From Verrucomicrobiota bacterium (lineage in GTDB: Bacteria; Verrucomicrobiota; Verrucomicrobiia; Limisphaerales; UBA11358): a DNA stretch of 60,616 nt. The position numbers and the translations under genes are program-made. The notes beneath the pieces were generated by a model, which was given only the letters and a program-made list of their open reading frames with translations, searched no databases and was not told where the DNA came from. Positions 45,207 through 55,357 of the stretch are shown here, in pieces. Location of the stretch: positions 1 through 60,616 of the forward strand of contig JAJPJM010000157.1 in the NCBI GenBank assembly GCA_021324235.1. The letters run 5' to 3'. The number at the start of each line of letters is the position of its first letter. The stretch's first letter is position 1.

Positions 45207-46139
45207 TTACCTTTTCACCGCGGTGAGGTTGCGATACGTCACCGCCACCTGCCAGTCGGTATAATTCGGATTGAAGGTTTTCATGGCGTTGACCATCTGC
45301 TGCCGGAACGTCGTCTCAATCAGCCCGCCCTGCCCCGGCCAGATTTTGAAATGGACGCGGACAAAATCCCAGTTGCCGCCCCGGGCCGTTTCCACCGGGC
45401 CAATCTCCGGTTCGCTCAAAATAATCGCGGCAAATTGCGCCCACATGCCCCGGGCCACGTTCCGAATGGCCCCCACCGCCCGGTCCCGATCCGCCTCTGC
45501 CGGAATCTGGATGTCTGCATACGCATAGACGCCGCCGTGCGGAAACCGGCTTACATTGGCGATGGTGCGATTGGGAATGAACACCACCTGGTTGTAAAAA
45601 TTCCGGAGCACGGTGAAGCGCAACCCGATTTCCTCCACCCGCCCGATGACGGTCGTCGAGCAGTAGATTTCCACCATGTCGCCGATGTCCATCGCATCCG
45701 AAAAAATCAACGTCAGGCCGATGACCACGTCCTGCACCAGGCCCTGTGAGCCGAAGCTGATGGCCAGGCCGACGACCGACGCGCTCGCCAGATAGGCCGT
45801 CAGGTTGACGCCGAATTCCTGCAGGATGAGACCGATGGCAAAAAAGTAGATGACAAAGGTGATGCCGCTGACAATGAGCCGGGTGAGGGTGATGAATTTT
45901 GGTTGTTGCGTCACGAAACCGAGCGGATTTTTTTGCGCCTGGCTTTTATGGATGAGCCATTCACTGAGGTGCCGGGTGATTTTCACCAGCACATGCACGA
46001 TGATGGCAAGGACAACAATCAGCAGGATGCGTGTTCCCGTGGAGGATTCGTGATGGGAAAAATGGCTGTAAATGCGTCCGACAATGGTGTCATGCACCAG
46101 TTCCCACGGCGAATCGGGCGGCGGATTGGTCGTGTTCAT
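45207..46139 (-). CDS. MscS-family mechanosensitive channel
   Basis: GLAISFGSQGLVQDV, GRVEEIGLRFT, FIPN. Confidence 0.9.
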   Translation of the reverse strand: MNTTNPPPDSPWELVHDTIVGRIYSHFSHHESSTGTRILLIVVLAIIVHVLVKITRHLSEWLIHKSQAQKNPLGFVTQQPKFITLTRLIVSGITFVIYFFAIGLILQEFGVNLTAYLASASVVGLAISFGSQGLVQDVVIGLTLIFSDAMDIGDMVEIYCSTTVIGRVEEIGLRFTVLRNFYNQVVFIPNRTIANVSRFPHGGVYAYADIQIPAEADRDRAVGAIRNVARGMWAQFAAIILSEPEIGPVETARGGNWDFVRVHFKIWPGQGGLIETTFRQQMVNAMKTFNPNYTDWQVAVTYRNLTAVKR

Positions 46140-46306
46140 CAAAATTCCTTCGGCCACTGGAGCGGCGTGCCTGCGGCTTTCCATTTGAGCCAACGCAGGG
46201 GGACGCCGGTCGGGGAAAGATTAAACACGATCTGGCAAATGACGCAAGCGGGCGGGAGGCGGAGACGGAGTGAACCGGTCCCTCAATATCCTGGGGGAAG
46301 GCTGGT

Positions 46307-46933
46307 TCAAGCCCGCTTGACCGTGGCGGCGGCCGGCATCCGGAAAGGCCGGTTTCCCTTCGGCTGGACGTTGGGGACGGAAGGGCCCTGGGCCTGGGGA
46401 AAGGCGATCTTTGAGCGCAACAGCAACGTTCCCAGGCACAGGTCCGCCAAGGGCAGGACGACATTGAAATTCTTGTGCATGTAGCGATGGTGCAACAGGT
46501 GATGGCCGTTCAGGCGGAAGAAGATTCCTGAACGTTCCACGTGCCGTCTCTTCGGCAGGTGCATGCACCAGTGCATGTATTCGTAGGCGGTGAAGTACAG
46601 CGTGCTGGCCACCGCCGCGCCGCACAGAACCCCCCACTTTTCCGAAAGCAGCGCCCAGGCCAGAAACGGCAGCAGGCCCAGCGCCACGAGGACCGGTCCG
46701 TTCCACCACGCCATGGGGATCGTCTTTTTGTCCGGCTCGTGCACCAGATGATACGTATGGTCAGCCTTGAAAATGTGATGGTGCACGAGGGCGTGCCGTT
46801 CAAAGGGATAACGGAAAAACTTCACCAGGAAGGATCGGTGCATCAAATAACGGTGCAACAGCCATTCGAACAGGGAGCCGAAAACGGTTCCGGCCACAAT
46901 TCCAATGGCGCACCAAAAAAGGAACGTCATCAT
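46307..46933 (-). CDS. Fatty acid hydroxylase / sterol desaturase family protein
   Basis: EWLLHRYLMH, HALVHH, YEYMHWCMH, HHLLHH, NFNV. Confidence 0.88.
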   Translation of the reverse strand: MMTFLFWCAIGIVAGTVFGSLFEWLLHRYLMHRSFLVKFFRYPFERHALVHHHIFKADHTYHLVHEPDKKTIPMAWWNGPVLVALGLLPFLAWALLSEKWGVLCGAAVASTLYFTAYEYMHWCMHLPKRRHVERSGIFFRLNGHHLLHHRYMHKNFNVVLPLADLCLGTLLLRSKIAFPQAQGPSVPNVQPKGNRPFRMPAAATVKRA

Positions 46934-47157
46934 AAAACAAATCTCAACTTTCTCTTTTGAAGACAGAAGGAGAACTTTTCCTCACTCCCCAGCCAGCCTG
47001 AACTCAAATCGGTCTTGCTTGTTGCCTCAAAGTCCACCCGGATCCGGGTGAACGCAAGTTTTATTTCAGCCGCCTGTGCCTCAGTGCGCGGACTTCAGCG
47101 CCGCCCAAAGCCCGAAGATCCGGAGTGAGACTGCCTCCGGGCCCGACGTTTAATAAT

Positions 47158-47373
47158 TTAATAAGTATCCCAGACCATCCGGCCTTTTAAATGACTTCCG
47201 GCGCGTTTGAACCCGAGCGAACCGGTGATCAGATAACCGGCTGGCCGGCCCTGGGCATGTTCCCGCCGGGCATCGTTCCGGACATATTTCAGGATCGAGG
47301 GCAGGGACGGCAAATCCGCCGCGACCAAATCATTATCCCGGTAAATGGAATACTTTTGTCTTAAGTGGCTCAT
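47158..47373 (-). CDS. Small hypothetical protein
   Basis: 71-aa ORF from ATG 47373, 19 nt downstream of the 47393-47551 ORF. Confidence 0.5.
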   Translation of the reverse strand: MSHLRQKYSIYRDNDLVAADLPSLPSILKYVRNDARREHAQGRPAGYLITGSLGFKRAGSHLKGRMVWDTY

Positions 47374-47392
47374 ACGTTTGCTCCGGGAATTT

Positions 47393-47551
47393 CTATTCGC
47401 CAACGGCTCCGCGCAGAATCATCACTGCCGCCAGGGCACCGCCGGCGACCAGGCCAAACACGATGGAAGCAACGATGATTTTGAACTTCAATTCGTACTG
47501 TGAAGGCTGCAAGTGCGGATACAGCCATTTACCAAAATAATCTATCAACAT
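47393..47551 (-). CDS. 52-aa single-TM small protein (not in ORF track)
   Basis: Hand translation MLIDYFGKWLYPHLQPSQYELKFKIIVASIVFGLVAGGALAAVMILRGAVGE*; AAAGG upstream. Confidence 0.55.
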   Translation of the reverse strand: MLIDYFGKWLYPHLQPSQYELKFKIIVASIVFGLVAGGALAAVMILRGAVGE

Positions 47552-47666
47552 GAACGCCTTTGGTTGACACTAATCCATTGGAACGGTTATATCCCTCAAT
47601 GTCCACACATTCTTTGGTAAATATCTTCCATCGGCGGATGATTACCCGATTTCAGGGCCAACGGTG

Positions 47667-47939
47667 CTAGGGCAAAGGCTCCGCCTCGGGTGAGTTTTCG
47701 GCAGATGCTGGGGTGCCGGGGGTGGGAAGCCCCTTGCCGCGTCCGTGGTCCAGGTTGATGAACTGATCCGTCTGGGGAATGTGGCAGACGATGTTGAATT
47801 TGCCGATGGCCTCGTGCTTCGCGGCCTGAAACGCAATTTTCGTCGCCGGAAAACTTCTGCCGTCGCGCGGATTTTTTGTCCATTGTCCTTCACCCGACAG
47901 ATATTCGAGCGTGTCCTGGTTTTCGATAAGTATGTTCAT
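47667..47939 (-). CDS. Small hypothetical protein
   Basis: MNILIENQDTLEYLSGEGQWTKN...; TATCCT 8 nt before the ATG. Confidence 0.6.
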   Translation of the reverse strand: MNILIENQDTLEYLSGEGQWTKNPRDGRSFPATKIAFQAAKHEAIGKFNIVCHIPQTDQFINLDHGRGKGLPTPGTPASAENSPEAEPLP

Positions 47940-48080
47940 GGGCGGACAGGATAACAGGCCCCGGGGCACAACCACGACAAATCTCAAAGATATTTGCCCC
48001 TCCGCGCTTCCGGCGTTCCGGCGGTAAAATCCGATGGTCGGCCAACACCGCCATCATCACCGGGTTCGAATTGGAAAATC

Positions 48081-48111
48081 AAAAAAAGCCGGACCAAAAT
48101 CTGGTCCGGCT
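48081..48111 (-). terminator. Rho-independent terminator after the His-rich peptide gene
   Basis: AGCCGGACCA/TGGTCCGGCT stem followed by a T-run on the minus strand. Confidence 0.8.
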
Positions 48112-48143
48112 CGGAACGGATCCCCACCAAATTGTTTTCAGAT

Positions 48144-48290
48144 TCAGCCCTTACGGTGATGTTTCCCGTGATGAGGTTTGGCGTGATGTCTGGCGTGGGC
48201 GTGTTTACCCTGTCCCGCGTCCGCCGGCGACACCATCAACGGCGAAAAGGCGAAAGCCGCCACCGCCAGAATCAACATTAGCTTTTTCAT
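48144..48290 (-). CDS. 48-aa secreted His/Lys-rich peptide
   Basis: MKKLMLILAVAAFAFSPLMVSPADA | GQGKHAHARHHAKPHHGKHHRKG; has its own terminator. Confidence 0.7.
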   Translation of the reverse strand: MKKLMLILAVAAFAFSPLMVSPADAGQGKHAHARHHAKPHHGKHHRKG

Positions 48291-48368
48291 ATATTGGCAA
48301 AGGATCGTGATTTCCACCCGCAACTTCACCGGTGGCTGGCTGGATAGACCGAATCCCCTGCCTGCGGG

Positions 48369-48830
48369 TTACACTTTTTTACAATCGCGGATGACGGCCT
48401 GGGAATTTTCGATCGGCTTGCGGGATTCGGGCAACGGGGCCAGGTCCGGCGGGACGAATGCGGCCTTGGCTTCCGGTGAGGTAAACCGCTCCTTTGAATA
48501 GAAGAACCGCAGCGCCTGTTTTTGCGACAATTGCGGGTGCTGCTCAAAAAAGGCATCGGCATTCTCTGCGGGCCCGTATTCGCACAGGGTGAAATGCACC
48601 AACCGCAGCCACGCCTGCGTCATGGTATCGTGATAGCCGTTCAACAGGGTGTCTTCCACATTGTGGGCGGCGTTGTAAGCCTTGATGTTTTCCCGGATTT
48701 TGATCGCCGCCGTCTCCAGCGAATACCGGCGCACATACAGGTAAGCCACCTTGATGTGCTGGCGATGGTGCCATTCGGCCTTTGGCCAGGCCGTCGATTC
48801 GAATTGTCTGAGAAACGTTTCGTCGTCCAT
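48369..48830 (-). CDS. Conserved hypothetical protein
   Basis: FLRQFE..WHHRQHIKVAY..YHDTMT..YSKER..A..FVPPDL pattern. Confidence 0.75.
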   Translation of the reverse strand: MDDETFLRQFESTAWPKAEWHHRQHIKVAYLYVRRYSLETAAIKIRENIKAYNAAHNVEDTLLNGYHDTMTQAWLRLVHFTLCEYGPAENADAFFEQHPQLSQKQALRFFYSKERFTSPEAKAAFVPPDLAPLPESRKPIENSQAVIRDCKKV

Positions 48831-48904
48831 TATGGGGAACAGATTGATCCCGGCCCCCCGTAACAATCAACCCGCAATTATCAATCGCACCCCTCCGCCG
48901 CGGC

Positions 48905-49411
48905 CTATGCCGGTCCTGCCATCCGGAGGAGCAACGCGTTCAGCGCTTCCAGGTGCGGCGGTTTGTTCACGACGACGTCCACGGACGCCGACAAAGCCCC
49001 GGAGTCCCTTATGGTGTTGCCCGCGCCCGTCATCAGGATGACGGGTGTGTGGGGGGATTCGGTCTTGATCATCTGGGCCACCGCGTAGCCACTGACCTCC
49101 GGCATGTTCATGTCGGTGATGACCACATCGAAAGGCTTGCCCTTTTGAATGGCCGTGCAGAACATTTCTATCCCGCACTTTCCACCGGGGGCCACTTCCA
49201 CCAGATGCCCGAAAAACGCCAGCAGATCTCTCATGCTTTGCAGGATCGGCTCGTCATCGTCAATGCACAGCAGATACAGCGAACGTTTCGGCGGGACCGG
49301 GCGGGTGTCCACCGGTTGGGCGCCGGGCGGGCATGGCCGGGAACCGTTCTGCAGGTCCGGCTGCGCATCTTTCACCGGCGCCATAATGGCTATTTGTGGA
49401 AACGTTTTCAT
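48905..49411 (-). CDS. Single-domain response regulator
   Basis: CIDDDE, ITDMNMP, LMTG, KP. Confidence 0.85.
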   Translation of the reverse strand: MKTFPQIAIMAPVKDAQPDLQNGSRPCPPGAQPVDTRPVPPKRSLYLLCIDDDEPILQSMRDLLAFFGHLVEVAPGGKCGIEMFCTAIQKGKPFDVVITDMNMPEVSGYAVAQMIKTESPHTPVILMTGAGNTIRDSGALSASVDVVVNKPPHLEALNALLLRMAGPA

Positions 49412-49841
49412 TTTAAAAAAAGTTTTGAGGGTTCAGGGTTGCGGTTGTGATGAAGCGCCGCTGTCGGTGGGGTCGGCGTTGCCCCGCAGCCACGCGGACG
49501 GGCCGGACCACCAGGCTGTCAACGGCCCTGCCGACAAAAAACCATATCCATGTTCTTTTCATAATTGCTTCCGTTCAACCCTAATATTGTCCATCTGGTC
49601 AGCCACCCGACTGACTGCCCAAATTTAACACAAACTGGCTGAAATTTAAGGAATATGGGACGGTTTGCGGGGTTTCCGGGGTCAAATACCTCTGCGGAGG
49701 GGTGGAATTTCAAGAAAAAATGACACCCGGCTTCAGATAGTATGATGGAGCCGGCCGGTGTTGCGATGGGATTGATTTCACCGGTGCGGGCAATGATATT
49801 ATCAATGCGTTATTTTTAATGTTGTAAAGTAAGATTGCCTC

Positions 49842-50291
49842 ATGAAAATAAAATCCAACCCGCCAAACCTCAAATCGCAAAATACCTTGCCTCATTTCCT
49901 GGGGCTGTGCTTGATTTCAGTTTTCCTGGTGCTGGCCGGGACCGGGTGCAAAAATGAAGCCGGCGGCAACGCTAGCCTCGATCCCACCGGGGTTTATGCG
50001 CTGGTCAGCGTGGATGGAAAAAGCCTGCCTTGCAGCCTGTTCCATGAAGGGGAGTCGCCGACCATCAAATCCGGGGTCTTCACCATTACGGCTGACAGTC
50101 ATTGCCGCAGTCAAATCATCTTCGCTTTGCCGCCGGGGCAGGACATGACCCGCGAGGTGAAAACCAGCTATACCCGCCAGGGAGCAGAACTCACCATGCA
50201 CTGGGAGGGAGCGGGCGTGACGATGGGCCACGTCAATGGAAACACCTTCACCATGACCAATGAGGGAACAGTCTTCGTCTATCAAAAATAA
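49842..50291 (+). CDS. Hypothetical lipoprotein (beta-rich)
   Basis: Hydrophobic stretch then LAGTGC lipobox-like site. Confidence 0.65.
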   Translation: MKIKSNPPNLKSQNTLPHFLGLCLISVFLVLAGTGCKNEAGGNASLDPTGVYALVSVDGKSLPCSLFHEGESPTIKSGVFTITADSHCRSQIIFALPPGQDMTREVKTSYTRQGAELTMHWEGAGVTMGHVNGNTFTMTNEGTVFVYQK

Positions 50292-50550
50292 AAAACTGTC
50301 CGATGCGGGGTTTTAACCGCTCGACGGGAAGGTATCCGTGGGTCACGCAGATTTGCACCGATTCAATTTTATCTGCGTTCACCTGCGCCATCGGCGGAAG
50401 GATTCTGCCGTTTATCGCGTCGAAGCCCCGCATTGCAAAACAAAGGCGGGCAATTGTCAACAGTTCGATTAATTTTACAATTGATATTAGACTTGATTTG
50501 CTAATGTGACTTCGTTCCAATTCTTCGGCTGTAAACTCAGCATTCGGACC

Positions 50551-51270
50551 ATGAAATCCTTCTGCTTAAAATACTTGTTGCCCACGTGGCTGTTTGCGAT
50601 GGCGGGAACCACCCAGGCGCAGCTGGTCAACGGAAATTTTGAAACCGGCGATCTTACCGGCTGGACCCTGTTCAATACGGTCGGATCGAATACGCCCTAC
50701 GGGGTTGAGCAGGGCGGAACGGCGGTGGCCCGGGCGGTCCAGTTCGATACGGCGAACACCGGCGTGCCTTCGTACAGCGCGGAATTCGAAGTTGGTGAAA
50801 CCGCCGGCATTGTCCGCGGCGGCCTGGGACAGGGGGCCGGCATTTACCAATATGTGCCGCTGGATGCGGGCCAACTGGACATTTCCGTTGATATTGCTGT
50901 GACCAGTTCGGGCGACAACGCGGATGCCGGGACCTTCGAACTGCTGCTGGATGGAACTCTGGTCGCCAGTGACGCCTTCGGCGGCATCAGCGTCTCACAA
51001 ATATTGCATTCGACGTTAAGCTACTCCGGAACCGTTGCGGCGGGAACGCATCAAATCGCTATCGACATGCGGCGCGGGTATGGCATGGGATACGGCAACA
51101 CCCCTTGTCAGTTTCTTGACAACGTTGTGTTGACCGGCACGGCCGTCCCCGAACCCGCGACCGCATTGTTTCCGGGTCTGGCCGCACTCGCAGTTGGAAT
51201 CCGGCGCAAACTGGCGAACGGACAGCCTCCGGCGCGATCGTTTATAAATTTTCATAAAGGTTGGAATTGA
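50551..51270 (+). CDS. PEP-CTERM sorting domain protein
   Basis: Signal peptide, NGNFETGDLTGW, C-terminal VPEPATALFPGLAALAVGIRRK. Confidence 0.85.
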   Translation: MKSFCLKYLLPTWLFAMAGTTQAQLVNGNFETGDLTGWTLFNTVGSNTPYGVEQGGTAVARAVQFDTANTGVPSYSAEFEVGETAGIVRGGLGQGAGIYQYVPLDAGQLDISVDIAVTSSGDNADAGTFELLLDGTLVASDAFGGISVSQILHSTLSYSGTVAAGTHQIAIDMRRGYGMGYGNTPCQFLDNVVLTGTAVPEPATALFPGLAALAVGIRRKLANGQPPARSFINFHKGWN

Positions 51271-51373
51271 GCGGTCGACCGGAACCCGCCAGACTGCCCC
51301 GAACGATGCGAAAACCCCGAACCCGTGTGGATTTCGGGGAAATTCACATATCAACCCAAGCCCACTCAATATT

Positions 51374-51736
51374 ATGTTCTACCCCATGATGCTCGGTTCC
51401 GATCTGTCCGGCAGTTATGCCTCCGCCACGGCCACCGCGGCGGAAAATGACGCCCGGGAGGTACGGACGGATGTTGAATTGTTCAAACATGACCTTGACC
51501 GTCTGCTGATGCTCACCGAGGCGTTATGGACGTTGATGAAGCAGGAACATGGCTATACGGACGACGTTTTGAACGGACTGATTCAGAAAATTGATCAGCG
51601 GAAGATGGCCGCGGACGGAGTCGCCGCCAAAGATCCGCCGGTGACCTGCCCCTCCTGCGGGAGACCCAATCTGGCCAAACGCACCTTTTGCATTTATTGC
51701 GGGAAACCCCTGTCGGGAAATCCTTTTGCGCGCTAA
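51374..51736 (+). CDS. Hypothetical protein with C-terminal zinc ribbon
   Basis: CPSCG...CIYCG. Confidence 0.75.
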   Translation: MFYPMMLGSDLSGSYASATATAAENDAREVRTDVELFKHDLDRLLMLTEALWTLMKQEHGYTDDVLNGLIQKIDQRKMAADGVAAKDPPVTCPSCGRPNLAKRTFCIYCGKPLSGNPFAR

Positions 51737-51800
51737 ACGGCGCCGCCCTTTGACCGGATGCACCGGACCTGTGCATGCCTGGCGCCATGGCGGTAAGACT

Positions 51801-52061
51801 TTAATTTGGATTCGTAGCCGGTGGCAGTGGCGATAACGAGGGTGCCAATGCGTTCGTTGGGCTGGGATTACCCACATTACCCGGAGTGGCCGCGGGCTGG
51901 GATGGCTGATTCGCGTTCTGATCGGAATCCTGAACTTTCTCCTGATACAAAATCCAACCATATACGGCAAACAGGAGAACGCTGATAATTAATATCATAA
52001 CGGACACGCTAATCCAAAACTTCGTTTTTTTGGCAGACCAAAACTGATATTCTTCCAACAT
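51801..52061 (-). CDS. Small single-TM hypothetical protein
   Basis: One TM plus Pro/Asn-rich tail; AT-rich. Confidence 0.5.
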   Translation of the reverse strand: MLEEYQFWSAKKTKFWISVSVMILIISVLLFAVYGWILYQEKVQDSDQNANQPSQPAATPGNVGNPSPTNALAPSLSPLPPATNPN

Positions 52062-52257
52062 AATAATAGGGCCGGTTCCTTTCAGCCATCCCGCGAAAAC
52101 GTATCAAATCCGTCAAACCTTTGAAGTTCAAATTATCCGGACGACCGGGGCCAGCCATCCCGGTCTCGCTGACTCACCACGACGACGCTCAACTTTCCTG
52201 AAAGATTTCGCTTTGGCATCCGTATCAGTAGTTGGGAGCAAGTATAATCCCATAATT

Positions 52258-52644
52258 ATGTCACGCGTATTGGTCATGGATGACGAGGCGGATACGAGGA
52301 GTCTCATCGAAGAGATCCTTGAATCAGCCGGTCACGAAGTGGTTTTGGCCGTCGACGGGCTGGAAGGCCTGCAGTTGTGCCATTCCACGCCGGTGGATCT
52401 GGCGCTGGTCGATCTGTTCATGCCCCGACAGGAAGGGTTGGAAACGATAAAAAAGCTCAGGCAACAATTTCCCGATTTTCCGATTATTGCGATGTCCGGA
52501 GATTCGCTGGCCCTGCCGCTCCTGTCGATTGCCCAGCGGCTCGGGGCAACGGAGGTGCTGCCAAAACCATTTTTACCCGAGGAGTTGCTGGAGGCGATAA
52601 AACACGCGTTGCAACCCAAACCCCGGCAAACGGCCGATAAATGA
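52258..52644 (+). CDS. Single-domain response regulator
   Basis: VMDDE, VDLFMP, AMSG, KPF; TATAAT upstream. Confidence 0.9.
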   Translation: MSRVLVMDDEADTRSLIEEILESAGHEVVLAVDGLEGLQLCHSTPVDLALVDLFMPRQEGLETIKKLRQQFPDFPIIAMSGDSLALPLLSIAQRLGATEVLPKPFLPEELLEAIKHALQPKPRQTADK

Positions 52645-52853
52645 CGGTCACGATCGATAGGGCGGATTGTAAGGATAATTGGATGGAAATCGTGTCTGAC
52701 AATCTCAAGTCGGGAAATACGGTTGCCTTGGAGAATTTCAATTATTCCACCGACCTCGATAAATGCTACCTCCTGGCGCGCCAGTTCCATGTTAAGATGT
52801 TTATCGATGCCGATTTGACGATTTGTCATTTTTTGACGTCACTTTCAAATTAG
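52641..52853 (+). CDS. Small hypothetical protein
   Basis: ATGA overlap with the response regulator stop. Confidence 0.5.
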   Translation: MTVTIDRADCKDNWMEIVSDNLKSGNTVALENFNYSTDLDKCYLLARQFHVKMFIDADLTICHFLTSLSN

Positions 52854-52984
52854 ACACATCGCGCCGCCTCGCATCCGGGCGTAACGGAATCGTAACAAAT
52901 CCATTCTTGTCCAATTGGTTTCGTCTTTGCGAAGTTTCCAGCGATGAGTGGACGCGAATTTCCTTTGCGCGCGCTGCTCGCCGT

Positions 52985-53614
52985 ATGAAACACTATCTAC
53001 CCACCATCCTCGCCCTGGCTTGCGCCGCGTTGGTCGTCTCGCTCATCGTGATCAAACGGGCTGATAACACACAGCATGAAAATGATGCCGGCGCGCTTGC
53101 CGGTTGTTCGAACCAGTTGGCGCTGGCGCAGGCCCAAATCACCGGTTGCAATGAAATCATGCTCACCTTGTCGAACCGTCTCGACTCCAGCCAGTCCGCG
53201 TCATTGACATTTTCCAACCAGTTGATGGAAGCCCAATCCACCCTTGACCTCGCCGCGGAACAGGTCACCAACCTGCTCCACCAGGTCGCGGAGGCGCAGT
53301 CGGAAAGCCAGACTTTCAGCCAACACGTCATGGATTTGACCAACCAGCTGGCCGGTCTCACGAGCCAGATCACTTCGAACCAGGTCGATCTGACCCGGGC
53401 AAACAAAGATTATGCGCTCCTGGAAAATCGTCTGCGCCAGGACGTCGCCGGGCGGGTGGTGGTGGAACGAAAATTTAACAACCCTTCGGAACTGCAGGCG
53501 CAAATGAAGTATTTAAAGCAGCATCCCGCCGAGGCGGTTTCTGCCGACAGCATCTATGCCGGTTTGGACGTGGAGGTGAAATCGAACACCTTCCATGTGA
53601 TTGCCCCGAATTGA
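52985..53614 (+). CDS. Membrane-anchored coiled-coil protein
   Basis: N-terminal TM followed by Q/L/N heptad-rich region. Confidence 0.7.
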   Translation: MKHYLPTILALACAALVVSLIVIKRADNTQHENDAGALAGCSNQLALAQAQITGCNEIMLTLSNRLDSSQSASLTFSNQLMEAQSTLDLAAEQVTNLLHQVAEAQSESQTFSQHVMDLTNQLAGLTSQITSNQVDLTRANKDYALLENRLRQDVAGRVVVERKFNNPSELQAQMKYLKQHPAEAVSADSIYAGLDVEVKSNTFHVIAPN

Positions 53615-53857
53615 TTCGGACCGCTGCTTCCGTCACGAGCTTTACGGCGGCTGCCAGTGGCCGCAAAGGTTTCGAAGCCGGAATCTTTTTTCCTCCCTTC
53701 GCTTGCTTCGCGTTCTTCGCGCGAGGACTCTGCATCCGCCCGTCCCATTCTTTTTTATTTCCACCGCGGTGCATTCTTTATGAAAGATCGGGCCCCTGGT
53801 TGCGTAGCGTTACTGATTGGCGCGGAGCGGACACCACAATGTGAAAGGAAACCAACT

Positions 53858-55357
53858 ATGCGGGGGTACCTCAAGATTTACGCGAAATGGATTGTCGTTC
53901 TTCCATTGATCGGGCTTTGCGGCTGCACCAGCGCGGTCCTTCAACATGATTATGCGGATTATTCCGCGGTGTATGCCGATTCAAGTAACAAGCAGTTATT
54001 GCTGAACCTCGCGCGGCTGTCTCAGGATGACCCGGTTTATTTTATCCAATTGGGTTCGATTAGTTCCCAATATCAAATCAGTTCCGGGGTCGGGTTTACG
54101 CCTTCCTCCACGAGAACGGACCCGGCCAGCATCGGTTCAGTGGGCATGGTTCAACATGCCCTGACCTTCGGAGGCAATCTGACCGCGGGATTCACGGAAA
54201 CCCCGCAATTTCAATTTCTACCCCTCACGGGCAGTAATTTTGTCGGGGCGATCCTGGCCCCGATCACGGACAAGGTCTATTTGACATTTTATGACCAAGG
54301 CTACCCGGCGGACTTGATCATTCGAACCATGGTTTCGTCAATCCAATATGAAAAGGACATTCCGATCGGCACAAATCTGACAACCGTCCTGGCCACAAAT
54401 CAGTTGACCATCATCAGTACGAATCAAGTGGCAGTGATTAAGTACCAAACCAATTATGAATACTGGGTCAACGACCCACATGATCCAACCTACCCGAGGT
54501 TCCTGGAGTTTTGCGCCGATTTGCGCAATGCGCAGCTTTGTCATGCCCTGACCATCGATCCCTCCAGCAGCGACCCCGTCCCGGTTTATACCAGCACGAA
54601 CGCCCGGTTGAACGACGTTATCGGTGCCATCCAGGCTGGGTTGACGGTGAAATGCACGGACACCAACAGTGGTCGCATCGTGGTCACGCATGCGCAGTCG
54701 AACCTTCAACTGGCGGCGGACAACTTTTCGGATCCCGCCAATTTTTTCATATACACCAACCTGCTGACCTTCGAGTCTGAAACCAATTTGATGTTCGATA
54801 ACGAAACGGCGCGCGCGAAAATCACCCATGCGTTGACGGTCGTGAATGATATCCTGGGCAAGAAAATAAAACTCAAAGTCCGGACCTTCGAGGCGGCCAT
54901 GTATTGCGTTGCCAAACAGGAAGCCTATTTTGAGGAATTACGGGAGAGCCAGACGAATCAGCCGCCATTCCCTCCCACAAACGACATCGTCTATGGCACC
55001 GATGCATACGGTCCCTATGCCGTCGTCACGCGGACCAATGATGACAGCATGTTCAAAGTCAGGCCGACCATGACGCTCACGTATAAATACTCCGACGTGG
55101 GGACCAATCATTTTTCGCGATCCCCGGCCACCTGGCAGCGCGGGAACGCGACCTCCGGCGACATGGCCTTTGGCTGTGAACCACCCGATTTCTCCGAACA
55201 GGTTCACGTTGAGTACAACGATGTTCCGTACGTGGTCGGCGACGCGAAAGGAACCGGCCAAAACCGGACGGTTTTTACCATGCTCTGCTATCTGTTTGCG
55301 CAGACGGCCATCAGCACCCAGAACCTGCCCGTCCAGCAACTGATTCAGGTGCAATGA
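53858..55357 (+). CDS. Hypothetical lipoprotein
   Basis: LCGC lipobox; QLLLNLARL..DPVYF..GSISSQY N-terminal motif; AGGA RBS. Confidence 0.75.
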   Translation: MRGYLKIYAKWIVVLPLIGLCGCTSAVLQHDYADYSAVYADSSNKQLLLNLARLSQDDPVYFIQLGSISSQYQISSGVGFTPSSTRTDPASIGSVGMVQHALTFGGNLTAGFTETPQFQFLPLTGSNFVGAILAPITDKVYLTFYDQGYPADLIIRTMVSSIQYEKDIPIGTNLTTVLATNQLTIISTNQVAVIKYQTNYEYWVNDPHDPTYPRFLEFCADLRNAQLCHALTIDPSSSDPVPVYTSTNARLNDVIGAIQAGLTVKCTDTNSGRIVVTHAQSNLQLAADNFSDPANFFIYTNLLTFESETNLMFDNETARAKITHALTVVNDILGKKIKLKVRTFEAAMYCVAKQEAYFEELRESQTNQPPFPPTNDIVYGTDAYGPYAVVTRTNDDSMFKVRPTMTLTYKYSDVGTNHFSRSPATWQRGNATSGDMAFGCEPPDFSEQVHVEYNDVPYVVGDAKGTGQNRTVFTMLCYLFAQTAISTQNLPVQQLIQVQ

